Both the position numbers and the translations under genes were made by a program. Positions 41,361 through 54,781 of a DNA stretch of 64,000 bases are shown piece by piece. The DNA lies in NCBI GenBank assembly GCA_950097015.1, contig CATNEN010000001.1, forward strand, positions 1 to 64,000, in the 5' to 3' direction. Under the pieces are notes generated by a model, which saw only the letters and a list, made by a program, of their open reading frames with translations, had not been told where the DNA came from and ran no database searches. Position 1 is the first letter of the stretch; each line of letters begins with the position of its first letter. Source of the stretch: Macrostomum hystrix. Its lineage: Eukaryota; Animalia; Platyhelminthes.

Positions 41361-42575
41361 TTACATGTTTATCTTGTGTTTACAGCCCTAGCTCACATGT
41401 TTATCTTGTGTTTACAGCCCTAGCTCACATGTTTATCTTGTGTTTACTGCCCTAGCTCACATGTTTATCTTGTGTTTACAGCCCTAGCTCACATGTTTAT
41501 CTTGTGTTTACAGCCCCAGCTCACATGTTTATCTTGTGTTTACAGCCCCAGCTTACATGTTTATCTTGTGTTTACAGCCCCAGCTCACATGTTTATCTTG
41601 TTTTTACAGCCCTAGCTCACATGTTTATCTTGTGTTTACAGCCCCAGCTCACATGTTTATCTTGTTTTTACAGCCCTAGCTCACATGTTTATCTTGTGTT
41701 TACAGCCCCAGCTCACATGTTTATCTTGTGTTTACAGCCCCAGCTCACATGTTTATCTTGTGTTTACAGCCCCAGCTCACATGTTTATCTTGTGTTTACA
41801 GCCCTAGCTCACATGTTTATCTTGTGTTTACAGCCCTAGCTCACATGTTTATATTGTTTTTACAGCCCTAGCTCACATGTTTATCTTGTGTTTACAGCCC
41901 TAGCTCACATGTTTATCTTGTGTTTACAGCCCAGCTCACATGTTTATCTTGTGTTTACAGCCCTAGCTCACATGTTTATCTTGTGTTTACAGCCCCAGCT
42001 CACATGTTTATCATGTGTTTACGGCCCTAGCTCACATGTCTATCTTTTGTTTACAGCCCTAGCTCACATTTTTATCTTGTGTTTACAGCCCAGCTCACAT
42101 GTTTATCTTGTGTTTACAGCCCTAGCTCACATGTTTATCTTGTGTTTCCAGCCCCAGCTCACATGTTTATCTTGTGTTTACAGCCCTAGCTCACATGTTT
42201 ATCTTGTGTTTACAGCCCTAGCTCACATGTTTATCTTGTGTTTACAGCCCAGCTCACATGTTTATCTTGTGTTTACAGCCCTAGCTCACATGTTTATCTT
42301 GTGTTTACAGCCCTAGCTCACATGGTTATCTTGTGTTTACAGCCCTAGCTCACATGGTTATCTTGTGTTTACAGCCCTAGCTCACATGTTTATCTTGTGT
42401 TTACAGCCCAGCTCACATGTTTATCTTGTGTTTACAGCCCTAGCTTACATGTTTATCTTGTGTTTACAGCCCCAGCTCACATGTTTATCTTGTGTTTACA
42501 GCCCTAGCTCACATGTTTATCTTGTGTTTACAGCCCTAGCTCACATGTTTATCTTGTGTTTACGGCCCTAGCTCA
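41361..42575. repeat. 32-bp minisatellite (CACATGTTTATCTTGTGTTTACAGCCCTAGCT)
   Basis: Period 32 (ACATGT at 41363, 41395, ...); about 38 copies. Confidence 0.97.
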
Positions 42576-43044
42576 CTCATTTCTAACACTAAATTGTTTT
42601 ACAACAGTGTTCGGGTGTCTAATGGCATGAATGCTGCTTCACAATGGTCGAGTGTACAGTTTTCGAGTTGTATTTGAGCAGTTTTAGTCATAATTTGATC
42701 AAAATATTCAAAATTATCTTGACTGAATCTGATCTGACACATGAGTGAAGCAGCTGCTGTCATCCAATGGTCCCGAGTCCTGTTTCAAATCCCATGACTA
42801 TTTTCTCCCCAGAAATGAATTATCCAGACTAAAAGCTGATTGACAGGAGCAATCGATGTTTATCCCAGCCATTTGCTCAAAATCAAAATAAATTATTTTG
42901 TTATAAAAGTCAGACTCGAACTCTGAGAACTATTGACACCTTCTGATTAGAAACCTAACGTCTTGGACTTGCCTGATGATTCACTCACTCAGTTGGCACA
43001 ATGTCACAGGTGTGGCTCTTGGACTTGGCTGATGATTCACTCAC

Positions 43045-45060
43045 TGAGTAAGGCTGTGGAGTTTATGAGTAAGGCTGTGGAGTTTCTGAGTAAGGCTGTG
43101 GAGTTTATGAGTAAGGCTGTGGAGTTTATGAGTAAGACTGTAGAGTTTATGAGTAAGGCAGTGGAGTTTCTGAGTAAGGCTGTGGAGTTTCTGAGTAAGG
43201 CTGTGGAGTTTCTGAGTAAGGCTGTGGAGTTTCTGAGTAAGGTTGTGGAGTTTATGAGTAAGGCTGTGGAGTTTATGAGTAAGGCTGTGGAGTTTATGAG
43301 TAAGGCTGTGGAGTTTATGAGTAAGGCTGTGGAGTTTATGAGTAAGGCTGTGGAGTTTATGAGTAAGGCTGTGGAGTTTATGAGTAAGGTTGTGGAGTTT
43401 ATGAGTAAGGCTATGGAGTTTCTGAGTAAGGTTGTGGAGTTTATGAGTAAGGCTGTGGAGTTTCTGAGTAAGGCTGTGGAGTTTCTGAGTAAGGCTGTGG
43501 AGTTTCTGAGTAAGGCTGTGGAGTTTATGAGTAAGGCTGTGGAGTTTATGAGTAAGGCTGTGGAGTTTATGAGTAAGGCTGTGGAGTTTATGAGTAAGGT
43601 TGTGGAGTTTATGAGTAAGGCTATGGAGTTTCTGAGTAAGGCTGTGGAGTTTATGAGTAAGGCTGTGGAGTTTCTGAGTATGGCTGTGGAGTTTCTGAGT
43701 AAGGCTGTGGAGTTTATGAGTAAGGTTGTGGAGTTTATGAGTAAGGCTGTAGAGTTTCTGAGTAAGGCTGTGGAGTTTCTGAGTAAGGCTGTGGAGTTTC
43801 TGAGTAAGGCTGTGGAGTTTCTGAGTATGGCTGTGGAGTTTATGAGTAAGGCTGTGGAGTTACTGAGTATGGCTGTGGAGTTTATGAGTAAGGCTGTGGA
43901 GTTTATGAGTAACGTTGTGGAGTTTATGAGTAAGGCTGTGGAGTTTATGAGTAAGGCTGTGGAGTTTATGAGTAAGGCTGTGGAGTTTCTGAGTAAGGTT
44001 GTGGAGTTTATGAGTAAGGCTGTGGAGTTTATGAGTAAGGTTGTGGAGTTTATGAGTAAGGCTGTGGAGTTTATGAGTAAGGCTGTGGAGTTTATGAGTA
44101 AGGCTGTGGAGTTTATGAGTAAGGCTGTGGAGTTTATGAGTAAGGCTGTGGAGTTTATGAGTAAGGCTGTGGAGTTTATGAGTAAGGTTGTGGAGTTTAT
44201 GAGTAAGGCTATGGAGTTTCTGAGTAAGGTTGTGGAGTTTATGAGTAAGGCTGTGGAGTTTCTGAGTAAGGCTGTGGAGTTTCTGAGTAAGGCTGTGGAG
44301 TTTCTGAGTAAGGCTGTGGAGTTTATGAGTAAGGCTGTGGAGTTTATGAGTAAGGTTGTGGAGTTTATGAGTAAGGCTATGGAGTTTCTGAGTAAGGCTG
44401 TGGAGTTTATGAGTAAGGCTGTGGAGTTTCTGAGTATGGCTGTGGAGTTTCTGAGTAAGGCTGTGGAGTTTATGAGTAAGGTTGTGGAGTTTATGAGTAA
44501 GGCTGTAGAGTTTCTGAGTAAGGCTGTGGAGTTTCTGAGTAAGGCTGTGGAGTTTCTGAGTAAGGCTGTGGAGTTTCTGAGTATGGCTGTGGAGTTTATG
44601 AGTAAGGCTGTGGAGTTACTGAGTATGGCTGTGGAGTTTATGAGTAAGGCTGTGGAGTTTATGAGTAACGTTGTGGAGTTTATGAGTAAGGCTGTGGAGT
44701 TTATGAGTAAGGCTGTGGAGTATCTGAGTAAGGCTGTGGAGTTTCTGAGTAAGGCTGTGGAGTTTATGAGTAAGGCTGTGGAGTTTGTGAGTAAGGCTGT
44801 GGAGTTTATGAGTAAGGCTGTGGAGTTTATGAGTAAGGCTGTGGAGTTTATGAGTAAGGTTGTGGAGTTTATGAGTAAGGCTGTGGAGTTTCTGAGTAAG
44901 GTTGTGGAGTTTATGAGTAAGGCTGTGGAGTTTCTGAGTAAGGCTGTGGAGTTTCTGAGTAAGGCTGTGGAGTTTATGAGTAAGGCTGTGGAGTTTATGA
45001 GTAAGGTTGTGGAGTTTATGAGTACGGCTGTGGAGTTTCTGAGTAAGGCTGTGGAGTTTC
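43045..45060. repeat. 21-bp minisatellite (GAGTAAGGCTGTGGAGTTTMT)
   Basis: About 96 copies with no indels; produces the SKAVEF[ML] ORF in the track. Confidence 0.97.
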
Positions 45061-45390
45061 TGGTAGGTCGTGGAGTTTCTGGAAGGTCGTGGAGTTTCTG
45101 GAAGGTCGTGGAGTTTTCGGATAGGTTGTGGAGTTTCTGGTAGGTCGTGGAGTTTCTGGTAGGTCGTGAAGTTTCTGGTAGGTCGTGGAGTTTCTGGTAG
45201 GTCGTGGAGTTTCTGGTAGGTCGTGGAGTTTCTGGTAGGTCGTGAAGTTTCTGGTAGGTCGTGGAGTTTCTGGTAGGTCGTGAAGTTTCTGGTAGGTCGT
45301 GGAGTTTCTGGTAGGTCGTGAAGTTTCTGGTAGGTCGTGGAGTTTCTGGTAGGTCGTGGAGTTTTCGGATAGGTTGTGGAGTTTCTGAGA
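45061..45390. repeat. 19-bp minisatellite (GGTAGGTCGTGGAGTTTCT), related to and abutting the 21-bp array
   Basis: Period 19 (GGTCG at 45181, 45200, ...); shares the GTGGAGTTTCT core. Confidence 0.93.
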
Positions 45391-46501
45391 GGTTTCTAAA
45401 GGTAACTACTAAACTAAAGGTGTGTACTTAAATTGAATGCTCAGAAATTTAAATATCGTACGACCCTAGTCTTGAAAATTTGCATAAAGCATACATTAAT
45501 TAACATTGCTTTCCTGAACTTTTTTCTCAAACTAGAAAATGGAAGATTGGTTCATCAAAATCCTTTGTTACGTTACGAATCATTCGTTAATTTTTTTCTA
45601 ATCTAAAAGCTTCCTGAATTTTTTTGGCGCGTCTATGATTACAACCATGAAAGTATGTGAAGCTAAGCCATATTTGTTAATCTGCAATAAAGTCTAATTA
45701 TAAACAGACAAGAAATACTTTTTAACAAACTTTGTTTAAGAGTCTAAATCAGACAGTTAACTTTTGTTAAACCCAATGCATCTTAAAAACCCATTCTTTC
45801 CGTCATTAACTAGATTCTTTACTGTCATAATAAAAAATTAGCACTAAAAGCCACGAGGCCTAAACAGTGATAAACCATAAAAACAGAAAACCCTGCAGAA
45901 TTGATGTCGTAACGAAAAGTACAGAAATCTAAAATCGCATATAAATATTTAACTAAAAGGCGAACTGTGATTAAGATTACCATATGCATGTCGCAATGAA
46001 CAACACAATGATCTGCACCCACTGGGAAAAAAGCAGGCGGCCCGCTTACGGCGGAGCAGCGTGGCGTAGAGTCTGTGCCGAAGTCGGGATGCGCCACGCT
46101 TAGCAAGCGGCTAGCACGCTATGGTGGCTGCAAAGTCGCAGTCTGGCCGTGTGAGAGATACAATTCAGACTACTGACAACAGTAGAAAAGCAAGGACTTG
46201 GCTGCAAAACTCTCACATGACACTAAAAAATATCGCCATAGAAAATGGCAAGGTTAAAAGAGACTTCTGTGCAAACTGAGAGTGGTGGGAGAGGACTGCG
46301 TGTGGCTATGGCTGACTGACGAAGGCAAACAAGCCAGAAACCGGTCTCGGTCTGCCAGCGCGAGGTTCGTTCCCCACTTTTAGTGTGTTACAGGCCGAAT
46401 GCTAGCCGAAAGCGGTATCTACATTTCGAAGCGTTGCCACCTTAGTGCCGAATTGCAATCCTGTATGCATTGGCACTGGATGCTGACCACTCGAAATTAT
46501 T

Positions 46502-46620
46502 TCGAACTCGAACTCGAACTCGAACTCGAACTCGAACTCGAGCTGGAACTCGAACTCGAACTCGAACTCGAACTCGAACTCGAACTCGAACTCGAACTCG
46601 AACTCGAGCTGGAACTCGAA
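46502..46620. repeat. (CTCGAA)n hexanucleotide microsatellite
   Basis: About 20 copies, with the same GAGCTGGAA interruption twice, 66 bp apart. Confidence 0.96.
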
Positions 46621-48127
46621 ATTATTTTATTATTATTTACAAATGACTAATTAGTCGATAACAATAGCGAGTATTCGTAAATTAAAAAAAAAACTAGCTA
46701 TATGTTTAACTGCGAAGCATAAGGAAATTATAGAAAACAGAGTGAATAACATTTGCCTAATAAAAATATTCATCGACAAGTTTGAGGAATCGCCATGCAC
46801 CTTTGGGAGGGCAACTGCTTTTCCATCTGGTATACCAGAGACGATTTGGCGGCAAGTAGTGTAAGTGCCTTATGTCTAGCAGGCGACTCACACGGATATT
46901 CATAAAGGTTGCAACGAAGAATATTAATTGTTCGTTATACCGCCATGACAATCAACAGAATTTGCCCCTTCACGGCCTTCAGTTGCACCAATATAATGCG
47001 ACTCAGGACGGTAATGACTTCTGAATCCTGTAGAAAACCGGCAAATCTTAGTGATAATCCCCTCCACTGGAACATGTTTCCACTTGACACTCCTGCAGTA
47101 GGTTCAGACAACACCAGGATTTTCTTCAGCCAAAGCTAATTGCACAATTACTGCAGTGACAGGTTTACTGTCTTATTTAGCAGTAATTGCCAGCCGAAAT
47201 GCCTGACTAGCAAGACTGCCAATTCCATGATGTATAAACTAGTTCATTAATAGAAAACTGGCTGAACTTTGACTTTTTGTCTTCAGGAAAGTAGAGTAGA
47301 GCACACTGCCTATTTTCAAATGCTAACTTTGAAAAGGATTGTAGAACAAGTTGCTGAAATGAATAAAATATAAATGAGTGATAGCATACAGATAATTTGT
47401 TAGCTAAGCAATTGTTTTACCTAGCAAAAGTGGCTCTAATGCTATAGTAGAATGCCTGCCGTAACGGCCACCGTAACGCTGCAACGGATAGAAGAGACGC
47501 TGATTGCGGGCCGACTACGCAATGGCTACAGAATAGAGCTTGCTGCTGAAGTTGCTGCTTCCGAGCCTAGCTCTCGCAGCTGTCTTTGTACCTCACTATA
47601 CGAGTATGCCAACTGCAACAATAAGCCACAATGAGCATAGGACTCAGAGACTAAAACTGTTTGCAGCTATAAAAATGGAGGCTGTCGAGGCTTTGAAATC
47701 TTTCGCCCAAGAAAAACTTTAGTCATAAAGGAAAACCGAATCGAGCACAGACTCTTAATTGAGGCTCGAGTAGTGCTCTAGCTGCTCAGCCGTGTTCTCG
47801 AACTCAACTCGGGGTTTGGTGGGTCCTTTGTGTAGCCGCACAGATTCTCTCTTGTGTTGAGGCACAAGTTGAGTACAGGACTCATTCTTTTAAATGCTGA
47901 GCAGCCAGGAATGTATTTTACCTGGCATTGAAACTGATGCAAACGGAGGCTGCGAATGGGGGATGGTCATTTTGTCTCCTACTCAAACTCAACTCAACTA
48001 GTAAGTCTACTCAGTGCAGCCATGCAGAAATATTTCTATATGAGCTCAGAAAGCATTGCGATAGAGGAGCCCTAAAAACTGATGCACACAGTCGCAATGC
48101 AGTGTGGCCTGCGATGCCCATCCTTCT

Positions 48128-48150
48128 GTTGCTAGGCAACAATAAACAAA
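48128..48150. promoter_or_regulatory. Candidate RFX X-box (GTTGCTAGGCAAC) with adjacent forkhead-type site (TAAACAAA)
   Basis: 13-bp near-palindrome at 48128-48140 matches the RFX X-box consensus; TAAACAAA at 48143-48150; both are retained in the duplicate at 50439-50462. Confidence 0.55.
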
Positions 48151-48249
48151 CTGGCGCCAATTTAAGAGCCGGAGTGGAGCATCGTTTCGCTCTTCATTTG
48201 CGACGGCAGCTTTCAAGCAGCCGACTGACCGACATCCACCGACCGAGTC

Positions 48250-48335
48250 TCTCCGTTGCTAGGCGAGAATCTCCGTTGCTAGGCGACTCTCTCCGTTGCT
48301 AGGCGACTCTCTCCGTTGCTAGGCGAGACTCTCCG
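48250..48335. repeat. Four tandem 20-bp units each containing X-box-like GTTGCTAGGCGA(C/G)
   Basis: Motif starts at 48255, 48275, 48295 and 48315. Confidence 0.85.
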
Positions 48336-48509
48336 GATCTCCCGTTGCTGCTGGAGTGCAGGTGAGGGGGTTAATTGCTGAACTAGTTTCCATAAACTAC
48401 TAAACAGTGCCTTACTCTCTTAATGCTGTCATTTTTAAACAACAGTAGGTATATTAGTCGTTTGTTAAACTATGCTTTAGCTGGATTTCAGATATACAAT
48501 CCTGACAGA

Positions 48510-50031
48510 TAAAATGAGAGACACAATGACATGAAATGAGACACAATGACATGAAATGAGAGACACAATGACATGAAATGAGAGACACAATGACATGAAA
48601 TGAGAGACACAATGACATGAAATGAGAGACACAATGACATGAAATGAGACACAATGACATGAAATGAGAGACACAATGACATGAAATCAGAGACACAATG
48701 ACATGAAATGAGAGACAGAATGACATGAAATGAGAGACACAATGACATGAAATGAGAGACAGAATGACATGAAATCAGACACACAATGACATGAAATCAG
48801 ACACAGAATGACATGAAATGAGAGACAGAATGACATGAAATGAGAGACAGAATGACATGAAATGAGAGACAGAATGACATGAAATCAGACACACAATGAC
48901 ATGAAATGAGAGACACAATGACATGAAATGAGAGACACAATGACATGAAATGAGAGACACAATGACATGAAATGAGAGACACAATGACATGAAATGAGAG
49001 ACACAATGACATGAAATCAGACACACAATGACATGAAATCAGACACACAATGACATGAAATCAGACACACAATGACATGAAATGAGAGACAGAATGACAT
49101 GAATTGAGAGACAGAATGACATGAAATCAGACACACAATGACATGAAATGAGAGACAGAATGACATGAAATGAGAGACACAATGACATGAAATGAGAGAC
49201 ACAATGACATGAAATGAGAGACACAATGACATGAAATGAGAGACACAATGACATGAAATGAGAGACACAATGACATGAAATGAGAGACACAATGACATGA
49301 AATGAGAGACACAATGACATGAAATGAGAGACACAATGACATGAAATGAGAGACACAATGACATGAAATGAAAGACACAATGACATGAAATGAGAGACAC
49401 AATGACATGAAATGAGAGACACAATGACATGAAATGAGAGACAGAATGACATGAAATGCGAGACACAATGACATGAAATGAGAGACACAATGACATGAAA
49501 TGAGAGACACAATGACATGAAATGAGAGACACAATGACATGAAATGAGAGACACAATGACATGAAATGAGAGACACAATGACATGAAATGAGAGACACAA
49601 TGACATGAAATGAGAGACACAATGACATGAAATGAGAGACAGAATGGCATGAAATGCGAGACACAATGACATGAAATGAGAGACAGAATGGCATGAAATG
49701 CGAGACACAATGACATGAAATGAGAGACACAATGACATGAAATGAGAGACACAATGACATGAAATGAGAGACAGAATGGCATGAAATGCGAGACACAATG
49801 ACATGAAATGAGAGACACAATGACATGAAATGAGAGACAGAATGGCATGAAATGAGAGACAGAATGACATGAAATGAGAGACACAATGACATGAAATGAG
49901 AGACACAATGACATGAAATGAGAGACACAATGACATGAAATGAGAGACAGAATGACATGAGATGAGAGACACAATGACATGAAATGAGAGACACAATGAC
50001 ATGAAATGAGAGACACAATGACATGAAATGA
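48510..50031. repeat. 22-bp minisatellite (ATGAGAGACACAATGACATGAA)
   Basis: About 69 copies read directly. Confidence 0.97.
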
Positions 50032-50438
50032 GGCCCAATTTAGTCTCCAAATTTTGCACCTGAGCTAATTTTCCAATATTTCTTCGCGAATACATTAAAA
50101 GTCCATCTTCAAGACCTTACAGAAAGTCTAATCTTAGTATTTTAGAAAATTATTCTTGCAGATTGAAGCAGCCCCTCAACCTGTGTGCTCAAAGTGAGCA
50201 GTGTTTAATCTCTCATGTGGCATTGAAACTGTAGCGAATGGAAGCTGAGAATGGGTTGGACAAAGTACTTTTGTCACCGACTCAAACTCATCTCAAATGC
50301 TTTAGTAGGCCATGCAGACCTGTCTCCGTATGGACTCAGTGTTCATGTACTTTAATCAGCTCATAGGGTGTTTGAGTAGCACAAACTGGAGCACACAGTC
50401 GCAATGCAGTGTAGAATGTATGCTCAGCCCATGCTTCT

Positions 50439-50462
50439 GTTGCTAGGCAACAAATAAACAAA
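50439..50462. promoter_or_regulatory. Second candidate RFX X-box + forkhead site
   Basis: GTTGCTAGGCAAC at 50439-50451 and TAAACAAA at 50455-50462; further X-box-like copies at 50560 and 50580. Confidence 0.55.
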
Positions 50463-51695
50463 TTCGCACCGATTCAAAGTTTCTGTGAAGTATCCGTTTT
50501 CTCTTCATTCACAGCCAACTGAATCCTTTTTTAAACTGCTGAAGCCTCTGGATCTCTCCGTTGCTAGGCGAGTCTCTCCGTTGCTCGGCGAGTCTCTCCA
50601 GATTGCCCATTGCTGGCAGTGTCCAGAGGACTCAAAGGTAAGTAAATTAAACTTTTTAGTTCAACAGCTTCCGACTTTTGTGCGCACATCCAAGATCTTT
50701 AATCATAGTTTAAATTCTGCATACTTTAAGTTACTTGTACGAGTATCGTCTTTTCCATTTGCCAATAGCTACTTCACCAGCTGTTACAGTATTTAAGTCA
50801 AAATATGTATTTATATGGGCTGGCCTGGCGGTGCAATCAGAGTGGAAAAAGTTGTCTTTTACAATTCCTTTTTCAGGCAGCTATTTGCTACTTTCTACTG
50901 TAAGTAGTGCTGATTAGGCATACCTTTTTAGACTACCATATCTTAGGCTATTATATTATTATTCCGATGAACTGTAAACAGTGTGCAACAACTACAAATC
51001 ATGAAGATTGCGGTGAAAAAGAGATATAAGTGGAAAAATATTTAAAAGAAAAGAAAAAATAGGACAAAATTGCGAGTGTAAATTAATGCTAAAGAGAAGG
51101 GAAGAGAGAGGAGGAGAGAAGAAGAAGGAGTATCGAATAGTCAAGCATCATATTATATTTCATTTCTAGGCTGATAGAAGATAGGAGCTAACGGAGATAG
51201 ATGGGTAGGAGACAGAAGAAATTGTTCAATCGGGATCATTTATCAATGGGAATAATTCCTCAATAGGGATAATTTGTCAGAGGAAAGTTTGATAAAAGAT
51301 GATCATTTGTCAGTGGGAAATCTAACGTCATGGGACAATTTTATCGCGGGAAAAATAGAAAATTGTGTCAATTAATAAAGCGAGAAAGTGAAATTTATTC
51401 TACATTGATAATTTTACAATTTTACGTGTAATTTGACAAAGAAGTATCTTAGTCGAAGAATATAACTTGCCCAGTAAGGATAATTTAAACCAAGGGCTTT
51501 AGACAAATGGGACACTTTCTCAAATGAGGATATATCGATTAAGGGACCTTTTGCCACGGAAAACAGATAAGTATGTACAAAGAGACAGAGAATGTAAAAT
51601 CAGGAACGATATACCACATTTAAATTTGACACACCAATTTTAAACTATTTGACTGGGCGAATAAATTAATGAAAGAAGTAAAACCCAGCTGTTTT

Positions 51696-54190
51696 ACTTG
51701 CAGTAGTACTGTAGTGATATTGTACTTGCAGTAGTACTGTAGTGATATTATACTTGCAGTAGTACTGTAGTGATATCATACTTGCAGCTGTAGTGATATC
51801 ATACTTGCAGTAGTACTGTAGTGATATCATACTTGCAGTAGTACTGTAGTGATATCATACTTGCAGTAGTACTGTAGTGATATTATACTTGCAGTAGTAC
51901 TGTATTGATATTATACTTGCAGTAGTACTGTAGTGATATTATACTTGCAGTAGTACTGTAGTGATATTATACTTGCAGTAGTACTGTAGTGATATTATAC
52001 TTGCAGTAGTACTGTAGTGATATTGTACTTGCAGTAGTACTGTAGTGGTATCATACTTGCAGTAGTACTGTAGTGATATTATACTTGCAGTAGTACTGTA
52101 GTGATATCATACTTGCAGTAGTACTGTAGTGATATCATACTTGCAGTAGTACTGTAGTGATATTATACTTGCAGTAGTACTGTAGTGGTATCATACTTGC
52201 AGTAGTACTGTAGTGATATTATGCTTGCAGTAGTACTGTAGTGATATTGTACTTGCAGTAGTACTGTAGTGATATTATACTTGCAGTAGTACTGTAGTGG
52301 TATCATACTTGCAGTAGTACTGTAGTGATATTATACTTGCAGTAGTACTGTAGTGATATCATACTTGCAGTAGTACTGTAGTGATATTGTACTTGCAGTA
52401 GTACTGTAGTGATATTATGCTTGCAGTAGTACTGTAGTGATATTATACTTGCAGTAGTACTGTAGTGATGTTGTACTTGCAGTAGTACTGTAGTGATATT
52501 GTACTTGCAGTAGTACTGTAGTGATATTATGCTTGCAGTAGTACTGTAGTGATATTATACTTGCAGTAGTACTGTAGTGATGTTGTACTTGCAGTAGTAC
52601 TGTAGTGATATTGTACTTGCAGTAGTACTGTAGTGATATCATACTTGCAGTAGTACTGTAGTGATATTATACTTGCAGTAGTACTGTAGTGATATCATAC
52701 TTGCAGTAGTACTGTAGTGATATCATACTTGCAGTAGTACTGTAGTGATATCATACTTGCAGTAGTACTGTAGTGATATCATACTTGCAGTAGTACTGTA
52801 GTGATATTGTACTTGCAGTAGTACTGTAGTGATATCATACTTGCAGTAGTACTGTAGTGATATTATACTTGCAGTAGTACTGTAGTGATATCATACTTGC
52901 AGCAGTACTGTAGTGATATTTTACTTGCAGCAGTACTGTAGTGATATCATACTTGCAGTAGTACTGTAGTGATATTATACTTGCAGTAGTACTGTAGTGA
53001 TATCATACTTGCAGCAGTACTGTAGTGATGTTGTACTTGCAGTAGTACTGTAGTGATATTGTACTTGCAGTAGTACTGTAGTGATATCATACTTGCAGTA
53101 GTACTGTAGTGATATTATGCTTGCAGTAGTACTGTAGTGATATTATACTTGCAGTAGTACTGTAGTGATGTTGTACTTGCAGTAGTACTGTAGTGATATT
53201 GTACTTGCAGTAGTACTGTAGTGATATTATGCTTGCAGTAGTACTGTAGTGATATTATACTTGCAGTAGTACTGTAGTGATGTTGTACTTGCAGTAGTAC
53301 TGTAGTGATATTGTACTTGCAGTAGTACTGTAGTGATATCATACTTGCAGTAGTACTGTAGTGATATTATACTTGCAGTAGTACTGTAGTGATATCATAC
53401 TTGCAGTAGTACTGTAGTGATATCATACTTGCAGTAGTACTGTAGTGATATCATACTTGCAGTAGTACTGTAGTGATATCATACTTGCAGTAGTACTGTA
53501 GTGATATTGTACTTGCAGTAGTACTGTAGTGATATCATACTTGCAGTAGTACTGTAGTGATATTATACTTGCAGTAGTACTGTAGTGATATCATACTTGC
53601 AGCAGTACTGTAGTGATATTTTACTTGCAGCAGTACTGTAGTGATATCATACTTGCAGTAGTACTGTAGTGATATTATACTTGCAGTAGTACTGTAGTGA
53701 TATCATACTTGCAGCAGTACTGTAGTGATATTATACTTGCAGTAGTACTGTAGTGATATCATACTTGCAGCAGTACTGTAGTGATATTATACTTGCAGTA
53801 GTACTGTAGTGATATCATACTTGCAGTAGTACTGTAGTGATATTATACTTGCAGTAGTACTGTAGTGATATCATACTTGCAGCAGTACTGTAGTGATATC
53901 ATACTTGCAGCAGTACTGTAGTGATATCATACTTGCAGTAGTACTGTAGTGATATTGTACTTGCAGTAGTACTGTAGTGATATCATACTTGCAGTAGTAC
54001 TGTAGTGATATCATACTTGCAGTAGTACTGTAGTGATATCATACTTGCAGCAGTACTGTAGTGATATTATACTTGCAGTAGTACTGTAGTGATATCATAC
54101 TTGCAGCAGTACTGTAGTGATATTTTACTTGCAGCAGTACTGTAGTGATATCATACTTGCAGTAGTACTGTAGTGATAATTTGCTTGCAG
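51696..54190. repeat. 28-bp minisatellite (TACTTGCAGTAGTACTGTAGTGATATYA)
   Basis: About 89 copies; internal 700-bp duplication (identical track ORFs at 52415 and 53115). Confidence 0.97.
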
Positions 54191-54329
54191 CATTGCTGCA
54201 GTATGAAGGGATTATTGAGGCAAAAAGAGAGTAGAAAGAATATGTTGGCGTTTAATTAGATTTTTTTTTACATCATATTTTCTTATTCAGTTTCGGCAGC
54301 CTTCGAACTGCTCTCTCACTGACAGCCTC

Positions 54330-54420
54330 TGAGTCTCATCGTTGCTAGGCGAGTCTCACCGTTGCTAGGCGAGTCTCCCCCGTTGCCAGGGAAGTGTCTC
54401 CGTTGCTAGGCGAGTCTCAG
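54330..54420. promoter_or_regulatory. Cluster of four X-box-like motifs in about 20-bp tandem units
   Basis: GTTGCTAGGCGAG at 54341, 54361 and 54402; GTTGCCAGGGAAG at 54382; followed by a strong donor CG|GTGAGT at 54472. Confidence 0.45.
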
Positions 54421-54781
54421 CAAGTCGCTCACCACTGCTGTTGCAGCTGCGGCTGCATCGTGGACTCATCGGTGAGTGTTGTTGGCATTGTAGTTTGCAA
54501 TTGACTGAAAAAGTACAATTTGCATACTGGCGTTTGCTGACCCTGACCATAGACACCAATAGGAAATAAAGTGCGAATTTACTGATTGGACGGGTTCGAA
54601 GCTTCTTGCTGAAATTCGCTGGTGGAACTTTGTGATTCGAATATTGGCGATAAATCCTCGTTTGTGAGTAGCATTTTACAGGATATAATTTGCCTATTGA
54701 GAGGATAATTTGACAACTAAGGGGGGCATTTTTTAATTAATTGCGATAAGCTGCTAATTGAGAAGATATATTTGTTCATTA

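Noticed and set aside
46295-46385. Possible tRNA-derived SINE head (B-box-like GGTTCGTTCCC)
   Set aside because: The B box is imperfect, there is no convincing A box, cloverleaf, tail or target-site duplication, and it is single copy in the window.
46399-46650. (EL)n protein ORF
   Set aside because: It is the (CTCGAA)n microsatellite with no other coding signal.
48454-50095. Cys/His-rich ORFs of 300+ aa on the minus strand
   Set aside because: They are translations of the 22-bp minisatellite, open in all three frames.
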